A stretch of DNA of 64,000 nt from Octopus sinensis. Its lineage: Eukaryota. Each line of letters starts with the position of its first letter. Positions within the stretch are counted from its first letter, which is position 1. The stretch covers positions 16,802,001 through 16,866,000 of the forward strand of contig NC_043023.1 of NCBI RefSeq assembly GCF_006345805.1, read 5' to 3'. The notes under the pieces are model-generated. The model saw only the letters and a program-made list of their open reading frames with translations, did not search any database and was not told the DNA's origin. Positions 12,708 to 23,848 of the stretch are shown piece by piece. Both the position numbers and the translations under genes were made by a program.

Positions 12708-12912
12708 GGGTCCTACTAGCGAACAGTGGTCCCGGTGCGCGCACACGCGCAAACTAGACGTGACTAGTCGATCCTAGCTAAGTAAATAAAACACAAAATA
12801 AATAATTTCTTTTACACAAAGCAAATAATTTTTGTTAAACAAAATAAATAAAACACAAAGTAAGGATCGACTAGTCATGACTAACTGGCGCGGATGCGCG
12901 CACCCCGCCAGT
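12708..12912. mobile_element. MITE-like element with about 45-bp imperfect inverted repeats (family G)
   Basis: gtgcgcgca...gactagtcgatcct / aggatcgactagtc...gcgcgcac around an AT-rich core. Confidence 0.55.
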
Positions 12913-13643
12913 AAATCTTCAACTTACCGTTTTCAGACGTAAACAGCGAAGTCAGAGCCTGATAAACAACAAGACAAGATTAATTACTGCTGTATTAATA
13001 TTCTTCAAATGGTTTTAAAGACAAAGCTAGTCTACAAACACAGAATTTGTCTCTGCTGCAACCAGCTACAAAATGGCTCCCATTCAGCTCCCATCGCCTT
13101 TTATACCCGCTCACCACCTTCTATGCCTTCCCTCGACTGGAGAGCTACAAAGATATTAGGAAAACGAACGAGGGAGACATTTTCCCCACTCCACCATCAC
13201 TGTTTTCGTCTTATTGTCAATAAAACCATCATTCAGCAAGCTCTTTTGCAGCACGGATTTTTGTCAGTGAACAGGTCGCGGTCTTAAAGTGACGAAAATA
13301 TTTTGACAAATTAAACTTAAATGTTGAAGTGAATCGAACGGCTTTTGTGTGTTTCTTAAATGGCTTATAAACACCTTACAATATATATATATAGCATGGA
13401 TTTTTGTCAGTAAACAGGTCGCGGATTTTAGCGACGAAAATATTTCGACAAATTAAACTTAAATGTTGGAGTGAATCGAAAGGCTTTTGTGTGTTTCTTA
13501 AATGGCTTACAAACACCTTCCACGCTGCAATTGTTTTCGTTTCAGCACACGATCTCAGATCAAATCACTTGCTATACAAGTATATCTCCGAAATATACTT
13601 TCTTTTCGTCAAAATACTAACCACATTCGATACTTCCAAAGTT

Positions 13644-13688
<45 letters not shown>

Positions 13689-13985
13689 GAAAGAAAAAAA
13701 GGTGTTCAGAATGCTGGATGGTTGTAAAAAAATATATTTATTTACATATCACATATTATTTCTTCATATTAGCACTGAGTAGTTGAAAGGTCCCATTCAG
13801 CTCCCATCGCCTTTTATACCCGCTCACCACCTTCTATGCCTTCCCTCGGCTGGAGAGCTACAAAGATATTAGGACAGCGAACGAGGAAGATATTTTCCCC
13901 ACTACCACCATCACTGTTTTGGTCTTATTGTCAATAAAATCATCATTTAGCAAGCTTTTTTGTCCATCTTTACGTTGTACATATA

Positions 13986-14050
13986 CAGGGTCAGGCAAAA
14001 TGATCTGACACATTTGTAGGTTAAATAAAAGGCATTGTTTTTCGTTTCTT
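13986..14050 (+). mobile_element. Possible Tc1/mariner left end
   Basis: TA|CAGGGTCAGGCAAAATGATCTGAC; no partner end seen. Confidence 0.3.
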
Positions 14051-14618
14051 TTTCAGTTTCTGCCATGAATTAGACTGGTGAGCATCGCGCTTTCATTGTG
14101 GAAACGTTTATCAAAACAAACGATTCTGTAACTGCAACACAAAGAGCGTTCCGTTTGCACTTCAATCTTGGTAGACATGATCCCGTACCAGCTCGAAACA
14201 CGATCTTGTTATGGGTTACCAACTTCAGAGCTATCACGGGATAACATATATCCAATATACTGCTAGTGAAGTACTCAACAAAGTTAATACATAAATGTTA
14301 AGGATTGCGATGCAATCAATTCATTTACTGTATTATATGGGCAAAGGTAAAATGATTTACCACAAATTCCTAATACAAAATAAGAAAATGGAGAAATACA
14401 TCTAAATCAAATATCAATTACCAGATAATACTCAATCACATACTTTATTAAACCACCACATAAGAGACTATAGGGTTAAACATAAAAAGCAGAACAAATC
14501 AGTGTACATAAAGGAATGTACATAAAGAAGTGTACATAAAAGAGTAATGTTATACAATAAGTAGAATATATATAAGAGAATATAAATATAAGTAAATATA
14601 AATATAAATATAGATTAC

Positions 14619-14745
14619 ATCTTACAGCTGTTTCGGCCATGTAGATAAGTATGTCTCATTTTACTAATATTAGCCTTTTATGGTAGGTCAATATGTAGTT
14701 ATAAATGAGACATTTACAAAAATATCATAAAGCCTCTTCGGAGAT
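14619..14745 (-). ncRNA. Type I hammerhead motif, U4C core variant, long helix II (PLE-type)
   Basis: atct-CCGAAGA-ggct...ggcc-GAAA-cagctg-TA-agat; palindromic helix III; 10-bp helix tgtctcattt/aaatgagaca inside loop II. Confidence 0.6.
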
Positions 14746-15144
14746 TATGTGATATAAATCAGTCTACATATATACCCATATGGGTGTGGGTACATACCCA
14801 TAATACAACATATAAATATACATATGAGTGCATATACTCACACTCCTATACATATAAATATATACATATACATAATGATATAAATAATATATATATATAT
14901 ATATATCAATATATGGCTAATATAGGTTAAATGAGACATACCTATCTGCATGGCCGAAACAGCTGTCAGTTATAATGTATATGTATTTTTATATCTTGTT
15001 ATATCTCTTTATATTGATTGTAATTATTGTACTGTATTAATGTCTAATCTTAATGCTCTTGTGTAGTGTTTTAATAAAGTATATGATTCGGTATTATCTG
15101 ATAGTTGATGAATGATTTAGATATATTTCTTCATTTTCTTATTT

Positions 15145-15218
<74 letters not shown>

Positions 15219-15418
15219 GGTTTGGAGATGATGTACAGGTATTTTATATTAGAAGAAATGAGGTACTCAGAAATTTGGATGGTTTTATATTTACAGATAT
15301 TTATTTGCATATTACATGTTTTTATACATCATATATTATATATTAGCGCTTTCGTCCATTCTGGTGGAGTTAAAGCAGCAGAAATATAACAAAAGCTGTT
15401 ACTTGGAGTTTCACATTC

Positions 15419-15456
15419 CTGTCTGACGAACAGGAACGTGAAACTCCGAGTAACAG
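15419..15456 (+). ncRNA. Minimal type I hammerhead ribozyme motif (array copy 1)
   Basis: ctgt-CTGACGA-ac(aggaac)gt-GAAA-ct(ccg)ag-TA-acag: full core, helix I ctgt/acag, GUA triplet, predicted cut after 15452. Confidence 0.7.
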
Positions 15457-15560
15457 CTTTTGTTATATTTCTGCTGCTCTTAAATAAATCATATTACTCT
15501 GCCTCTGGTATTTGAGTATTCTTTTTTCCACCTTGTTTCACATTTATGTGCTTACTCCAG

Positions 15561-15663
<103 letters not shown>

Positions 15664-15863
15664 GGTTTGGAGATGATGTACAGGTATTTTATATTAGAAG
15701 AAATGAGGTACTCAGAAATTTGGATGGTTTTATATTTACAGATATTTATTTGCATATTACATGTTTTTATACATCATATATTATATATTAGCGCTTTCGT
15801 CCATTCTGGTGGAGTTAAAGCAGCAGAAATATAACAAAAGCTGTTACTTGGAGTTTCACATTC

Positions 15864-15901
15864 CTGTCTGACGAACAGGAACGTGAAACTCCGAGTAACA
15901 G
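15864..15901 (+). ncRNA. Minimal type I hammerhead motif (array copy 2)
   Basis: Identical to copy 1, +445 bp. Confidence 0.7.
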
Positions 15902-16005
15902 CTTTTGTTATATTTCTGCTGCTCTTAAATAAATCATATTACTCTGCCTCTGGTATTTGAGTATTCTTTTTTCCACCTTGTTTCACATTTATGTGCTTAC
16001 TCCAG

Positions 16006-16108
<103 letters not shown>

Positions 16109-16308
16109 GGTTTGGAGATGATGTACAGGTATTTTATATTAGAAGAAATGAGGTACTCAGAAATTTGGATGGTTTTATATTTACAGATATTTATTTGCAT
16201 ATTACATGTTTTTATACATCATATATTATATATTAGCGCTTTCGTCCATTCTGGTGGAGTTAAAGCAGCAGAAATATAACAAAAGCTGTTACTTGGAGTT
16301 TCACATTC

Positions 16309-16346
16309 CTGTCTGACGAACAGGAACGTGAAACTCCGAGTAACAG
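16309..16346 (+). ncRNA. Minimal type I hammerhead motif (array copy 3)
   Basis: Identical to copy 1, +890 bp. Confidence 0.7.
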
Positions 16347-16449
16347 CTTTTGTTATATTTCTGCTGCTCTTAAATAAATCATATTACTCTGCCTCTGGTA
16401 TTTGAGTATTCTTTTTTCCACCTTGTTTCACATTTATGTGCTTACTCCA

Positions 16450-16496
<47 letters not shown>

Positions 16497-16571
16497 TAAA
16501 TTAGAGACAAAACCACTATTAGGCAAATCATACAATGAAAAACTTAAGCCAATACATAAGATTATTTAATT

Positions 16572-17880
16572 TCATCATCATCATCATCGTTTAACGTTCA
16601 CTTTCCATGCTAGCATGGGTTGGACGGTTCAACTGGGGTCTGGCAAGCCCGAAGGCTGCACCAGGCCAGTCAGATCTGGCAGTGTTTCTACAGCTGGATG
16701 CCCTTCCTAACGCCAACCACTCCGAGAGTGTAGTGGGTGATTTTATGTGCCACCGACACAGGTGCCAGACGAGGCTGGCAGACGGCCACGCTCGGATGGT
16801 GTTTTTTATGTGCCACCGACACAGGTGCCAGACGAGGCTGGCAGACGGCCACGCTCGGATGGTGTTTTTTATGTGCCACCGACACAGGTGCCAGACGAGG
16901 CTGGCGAACGGCCACGCTCGGATGGTGTTTTTTATGTGCCACCGACACAGGTGCCAGACGAGGCTGGCGAACGGCCACGCTCGGATGGTGTTTTTTATGT
17001 GCCACCGACACAGGTGCCAGACGAGGCTGGCAGACGGCCACGCTTGGATGGTGTTTTTTATGTGCCACCGACACAGGTGCCAGACGAGGCTGGCAGACGG
17101 CCACGCTCGGATGGTGTTTTTTATGTGCCACCGACACAGGTGCCAGACGAGGCTGGCGAACGGCCATGCTCGGATGGTGTTTCTTATGTGCCACCGACAC
17201 AGGTGCCAGACGAGGCTGGCAGACGGCCACGCTCGGATGGTGTTTTTTATGTGCCACCGACACAGGTGCCAGACGAGGTTGGCGAACGGCCACGCTCGGA
17301 TGGTGTTTTTTATGTGCCACCGACACAGGTGCCAGACGAGGCTGGCAAACGGCCACGCTCGGATGGTGTTTTTTATGTGCCACCGACACAGGTGCCAGAC
17401 GAGGCTGGCGAACGGCCACGCTCGGATGGTGTTTTTTATGTGCCACCGACACAGGTGCCAGACGAGGCTGGCAGACGGCCACGCTCGGATGGTGTTTTTT
17501 ATGTGCCACCGACACAGGTGCCAGACGAGGCTGGCGAACGGCCACGCTCGGATGGTTTTTTTATGTGCCACCGACACAGGTGCCAGACGAGGCTGGCGAA
17601 CGGCCACGCTCGGATGGTGTTTTTTATGTGCCACCGACACAGGTGCCAGACGAGGCTGGCAGACGGCCACGCTCGGATGGTGTTTTTTATGTGCCACCGA
17701 CACAGGTGCCAGACGAGGCTGGCAGACGGCCACGCTCGGATGGTGTTTTTTATGTGCCACCGACACAGGTGCCAGACGAGGCTGGCAGACGGCCACACTC
17801 GGATGGTGTTTTTTATGTGCCACCGACACAGGTGCCAGACGAGGCTGGCAGACGGCCACGCTCGGATGGTGTTTTCTTTT
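16572..17880 (-). repeat. (GAT)n-tailed retroelement end (family E) with 18 x 63-bp internal minisatellite
   Basis: atgtgccacc recurs every 63 bp from 16745 to 17815 (one 62-bp unit); tail block at 16572-16740. Confidence 0.93.
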
Positions 17881-18654
17881 ATGTCTTATTTAATTTATAT
17901 TATTATAATATATAAAAATTACCAAAAAGGCGCAGGAGTGGCTGTGTGGTGAGTAGCTTGCTTACCAACCACATGGTTCCGGGTTCAGTCCCACTGCATG
18001 GCACCTTGGGCAAGTGTCTTCTACTATAGCCTCGGGTCGACCAATGCCTTGTGAGTAAATTTGGTAGACGGAAACTGAAAGGAGCCCGTCGTATATATAT
18101 ATATGTGTGTCTGTGTTTGTCCCCCTAGCATTGCTTGACAACCGATGCTGGTGTGTTTATGTCACCGTCACTTAGCGGTTCGGCAAAAGAGACTGACAGA
18201 ATAAGTACTAGGCTTACAAAGAATAAGTCCCAGGAAGGATTTGCTCGACTAAAGGCGGTGCTCCAGCATGGCTGCAGTCAAAGGACTGAAACAAGTAAAA
18301 GAGTAGAGTAACCAACCAGAGGGTTAACTCCCTAACCCGGACCCAAAACTCATTCGATCATCATTTATATTTTTAACCCTCATTCACAATGTATGTAAGA
18401 AGCGAGTTTGTACCCTGAATGTCCCTTGTCTGTCCTTGTAATGTCCCCCCAATGTAAAACCTTTACAGGTTAATAAAGAAATATCTCAAACATTCTTGAA
18501 GCTTCTGGTTGATGTGGAAGTCACTGACTTCTGGTTCATCCCACATATAAAGGAGTACATTCCTAAACTTGCGCTACTCAGGGTCTGCCGATTCTTCGAC
18601 TAGCATTGAGTCAGGCCTCCCGCTACACACCCACATGTATGTACGTTTATCTCA

Positions 18655-19040
18655 CTTTTGTGAAGACCCCTACTTGTGAAGACCTCTACTTTTGAAGACC
18701 CCTACTTGTGAAGACCTCTACTTTTGAAGACCCCCTACTTGTGAAGACCTCTACTTGTGAAGACTCCTACTTGTGAAGACCCCTACTTGTGAAGACCCCC
18801 TACTTGTGAAGACCCCTACTTGTGAAGACCCCCTACTTGTGAAGACCTCTACTTGTGAAGACTCCTACTTGTGAAGACCCCTACTTGTGAAGACCCCCCT
18901 ACTTGTGAAGACTTCTACTTTTGAAGACCCCTACTTGTGAAGACCCCCTACTTGTGAAGACCTCTACTTGTGAAGACCCCTACTTGTGAAGACCCCTACT
19001 TGTGAAGACCCATACTTGTGAAGACCTCTACTTTTGAAGA
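18655..19040 (+). repeat. Minisatellite (cc)ctacttgtgaagac, 16-19-bp unit, roughly 23 copies
   Basis: Direct inspection; a single copy of the motif occurs in the unexpanded family E element at about 19800. Confidence 0.93.
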
Positions 19041-20650
19041 CCTGTTGAGGCAAGTGAATATGGAAATGAAAATCAAAATCAAAATCGATCAACATCAATG
19101 GAAATTGTAGCTGTGATACCAGTGCCGATGGCACATAAGGGAACCATCCGAACGTGGCCGTTGCCAGCATCGCTCCGACTGGCCTCCGTGCCGGTGGCAC
19201 GTAAAATGCACCATCCGATTGTGGCCATTGCCAGACTCTTCTGGCACCTGTGCAGGTGGCACATAAAAAGCACTGACTACACTCTCGGAGTGGTTGGCGT
19301 TAGGAAGGGCATCCAGCTGTAGAAACACTGCTGTAAGACCTTCTATTTATGAATCTTCTGAAATCTTTACACCCTTAGATTTTTATCTCACTCTGTTAAT
19401 TTATATATAAGGTGTGGCACGTAAAAAGCACCATCAGATCGTGGCCATTTGTCAGCCTCGTCTGGTACCTGTGTTGGTGGCACATAAAAAGCACCCACTA
19501 CACTCTCGGAGTGGTTGGCGTTAGGAAGGGCATCCAGCTGTAGAAACACTGCCAGATCAGACTGGGGCCTGGTGCAGCCTTCTGGCTTCACAGACCCCGG
19601 TCGAACCGTCCAACCCATGCTAGCATGGAAAGCGGACGTTAAACGATGATGATGATGATGATGATGAGAGAGGATTGTAAAAAAGAATATGGCCATGTAA
19701 TGTTACAAGCTTCTCCTTCATTTAACCGTTTGAGGATCAGAATGGAAATCGATCAATGGAAATTGCAGATGTGTTACCAGTGCCGGTGGCATGTCGAAAC
19801 TCTACTTGTGAAGACCCGTTGAGGCAAGTGAGGATCAGAATGGAAATCGATCAATGGAAATTGCAGATGTGTTACCAGTGCCGGTGACATGTAAGGGAAC
19901 CTTCCGTTTCGCGACCGTTGCCAGTACCGCCCCGTTTCGTGTCCGTTGCCAGCCTCGCCTGGCCCTCGTGCCGGTGGCACATAAAAAGCACCATCCGTTC
20001 GTGGCCGTTTGCCAGCTCTGTCTGGCACCTGTGCGGGTGGCACGTAAAAAGCACCCACTACACTCACGGAGTGTTGGCGTTAGGAAGGGCATCCAGCTGT
20101 AGAAACATTGCCAGATTAGACTGGAGCCTGGTGCAGCCTTCTGGCTTCACAGACCCCAGTCGAACCGTCTAACCCATGCTAGCATGGAAAGCGGACGCTA
20201 AATGATGATGATGATGATATATATATATATCGATGGCACGTAAAAAGCACCTACTACACTCACGGAGTGGTTGGCGTTAGGAAGGGCATCCAGCTGTAGA
20301 AACACTGCCAGATCAGACTGGGCCTGGTGCAGCCTTCTGGCTTCACAGACCCCAGTCGAACCGTCCAACCCATGCTAGCATGGAAAGCGGACGTTAAACG
20401 ATGATGATGATGAGAGAGGATTGTAAAAAAGAATATGGCCATGTAATGTTACAAGCTTCTCCTTCATTTAACCATTTGTGTTAATGCATTACCTCCAGCA
20501 ATAAGCATATTATGTCTTATTACATCTCGTGAATTCCTATTTTCCAGCTGTCAACTCCCTGCCAGATCAGACTGGGGCCTGGTGCAGCCTCCTGGCTTCC
20601 CAGACCCCAGATGCCAGCAGGGAAAACGGACATTAAATGATGATAAGGAT
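19040..20650 (+). mobile_element. Cluster of five family E (GAT)n-tailed retroelement 3' ends
   Basis: tggcgttaggaagggcatccagc...ggacgttaaacgatgatgat repeated; other copies at 5030-5400 (minus), 35505-35668 and 55460-55628. Confidence 0.8.
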
Positions 20651-21019
20651 GAAACCCGACTAGTAGTAAGAGCATAGCCAGGTGTGTGTGGGCATGAGTC
20701 AGGGAAAGCATTATAAGTTACGATCCTCCAGGATCCATACGGGCCCAACCCTCACGAGCAAGAGAATGCCATGGCAAAACTGTGCTATGGTGTGACAACT
20801 AAAATAGCTTTCCTGACTTGCTACAATATTAAATACTGGCAGAATCTCCAAGATGCCAGATTAATTGCTTAACAGCCTTTCGTTCGTAAATAGCCACCTC
20901 AGGGGATTAGGTTGGTGAAAACTTGTGAGTGGATTTGGTAAATGACACACATTCAATGAAATTTTTTCTATTCTGGGTAAAAGGATTGAAATTTTGGTGG
21001 AGGTGGCCATTTGCTTACA

Positions 21020-22207
21020 TTGAACCCCAGTACACAGCTGGTACTTAATTTATCGACCCCGAAAGAATGAAAGGCAAAGTCAACCTCGCCGAGATTTGAA
21101 CTCAGAGCGTAGCGGCAAACGAAATACCTATTTCTTTACTACCCACAAGAGGTTAAACACAGAGGGGAAAACAAGGACAGACAGACGGATTAAGTCGATT
21201 ATATCGCCCCCAGTGTGTAACTGGTACTTAATTTATCGACCCCTAAAGGATGAAAGGCAAAGTCGAGCTTGGCGGAATTTGAACTCAGAACGTAATGGCA
21301 GACGAAATATGTATTTCTTTCCTACCCAAAAGGGGCTAAACACAGAGATGACAAACAGATTAAGTAGATTACATCGAGCCCAGTGCGTAACTGGTACTTA
21401 ATTTATCGACCCCTAAAGGATGAAAGGCAAAGTCGAGCTTGGCGGAATTTGAACTCAGAACGTAACGGCAGACGAAATACGTATTTCTTTCCTACCCAAA
21501 AGGGGCTAAACACAGAGATGACAAACAGATTAAGTAGATTACATCGACCCCAGTGCGTAACTGGTACTTAATTTATCGACCCCTAAAGGATGAAAGGCAA
21601 AGTCGAGCTTGGCGGAATTTGAACTCAGAACGTAACGGCAGACGAAATACGTATTTCTTTCCTACCCAAAAGGGGCTAAACACAGAGATGACAAACAGAT
21701 TACGTAGATTACATCGACCCCAGTGCGTAACTGGTACTTAATTTATCGACCCCTAAAGGATGAAAGGCAAAGTCGAGCTTGGCGGAATTTGAACTCAGAA
21801 CGTAACGGCAGACGAAATACGTATTTCTTTCCTACCAAAAGGGGCTAAACACAGAGATGACAAACAGATTAAGTAGATTACATCGACCCCAGTGCGTAAC
21901 TGGTACTTAATTTATCGACCCCTAAAGGATGAAAGGCAAAGTCGAGCTTGGCGGAATTTGAACTCAGAACGTAACGGCAGACGAAATACGTATTTCTTTC
22001 CTACCCAAAAGGGGCTAAACACAGAGATGACAAACAGATTACGTAGATTACATCGACCCCAGTGCGTAACTGGTACTTAATTTATCGACCCCAAAAGGAT
22101 GAAAGGCAAAGTCGAACTTGGCGGAATTTGAACTCAGAACGTAACGGCAGAAGAATTACCATTAAGCATTTTACCCGATGTGCTTAGGTTTCTGCCAGTT
22201 ACCTGCT
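21020..22207 (-). repeat. SINE-C-derived tandem array: one head plus five near-identical 170-bp units
   Basis: Units start at 21311, 21481, 21651, 21821 and 21990 (one unit is 169 bp); older diverged unit at 21020-21310. Confidence 0.92.
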
Positions 22208-22375
22208 TGACACATTCAAAGTATTGGTTCTAAAATAGCAGACAGCAGAAATATTTGTATATTTATTCAGAATACGTTGGAGGAAGATGAGAGGCAAAAT
22301 ATGTCAGTTGCAAGTCAAAAAGAAAAAAAAATTTCTCTTTGCTATAAATACTTGATTCCTCATTATTTAACATTT

Positions 22376-23210
22376 GTTTTCCATTCAGGCAGAGACAAAG
22401 GACCCTGTTGTACTCCTTTATTTTGAACTTCTGAACTTGCCTCAAAAGACAAGAGAACCTCGTCACAAATGACAAGAAGAAAAATTTTCAAAGATTAACA
22501 TTCACAAAAATTCAGAAATTTTCTGCCCCGAAGTTGCGAAAATTACTGTTTGTCAAGAGACAAGAGTTCAAATCACCGTATAGACACACAATACCAATAA
22601 TAAAAAACACATAGATGGAGTTCAGAGATATGTTAGTTGCTGTTGTGCATGTCAAAGGACAAGCGCTTCACCTTGCTAAGAATACTTCCGACATCGTTTA
22701 ATGTTGTTTTCCATTCAGGCAGAGACAAAGGACCCTGTCGTAATCCTTTATTTTGAACTTGTCTCAAAAGACAAGAGAACCTCGTCACAAATGACAAGAG
22801 GAAAAATTTTCAAAGATTAACATTTCACAAAAATTCAGAAATTTTCTGCCCCGAAGTTGCGAAAATTACTGTTTGTCAAGAGACAAGAGTTCAAATCACC
22901 GTATAGACACACAATACCAATAATAAAAAACACATAGATGGAGTTCAGAGATATGTTAGTTGCTGTTGTGCATGTCAAAGGACAAGCGCTTCACCTTGCT
23001 AAGAATACTTCCGACATCGTTTAATGTTTGTTTTCCATTCAGGCAGAGACAAAGACCCTGTCGTACTCCTTTATCTTGAACTTGTCTCAAAAGACAAGAG
23101 AACCTCGTCACAAATGACAAGAGGAAAAATTTTCAAAGATTAACATTTCACAAAAATTCAGAAGAATACTTCCTACATCTTTTAATGTTTGTTTTCCATT
23201 CAGGCATATG
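22376..23210. repeat. Compound tandem repeat of about 330-bp and 165-bp units 3' of ZNF-2A (counterpart at 39637-40470)
   Basis: ttttccattcaggcagagacaaaggaccctg recurs at about 22376, 22708, 23030 and 23195. Confidence 0.88.
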
Positions 23211-23848
23211 TTGGATGCTTCAACCGGAGCTGACAAAGCCATGAGCTGCACCAGTTTCCCTTGTCTGATTTGGCTTTTCTACAGCAGAATGCATTTCCTA
23301 ATGTCAACCCTTTTACAAAACCGTCAGGGCCCCCAAGGACCTTGCAAGACAAAATAGCTCAAAACTGGCAGGGAGGAAGGTAGTATTGAAGGAACGTCAC
23401 TTTGTGCCAGTTGACAGGTTTAAGGGAGAAAGGGAACAGGGTCCAGATATAGAGCAAAAAAAAACAAGGACAAAATAAATATTTTATTCATTATTCTTTA
23501 TTAAGAAATTCCTATAACTGATGAAAGGAAAAAGCCTGTGTTTTAGCAGACCAATTAGTGTTAATTATCGTTATGACTTAATAAATTTTGACATTGAGAC
23601 AGAAACATGTCTCTGTGAATAGCCACATGTTTGTGCATGTGGCTTTTTCGAGAGAATCATTTGCCACACATGTCACACGGACATGGTTACTCTCATGTAG
23701 GGATTCGTTCATGTAGAGTTAAGTTAGGTCTATGAGAGAATGCTTTAACACAGACACGACCATTACATAGGTTGTGTCTGGGATGAACATTTCCGTGTGT
23801 AGTTACAACACCATTTGCAAAAAATGAATTACAACAACTAATGCAAGA

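Noticed and set aside
16591-17952. Five long overlapping ORFs (285-428 aa)
   Set aside because: Products of a 63-bp stop-free minisatellite inside a retroelement end; no domain evidence
21311-22150. CRISPR-like regularity of the 170-bp, 63-bp and 105-bp arrays
   Set aside because: No unique spacers, no cas genes, eukaryotic TE origin
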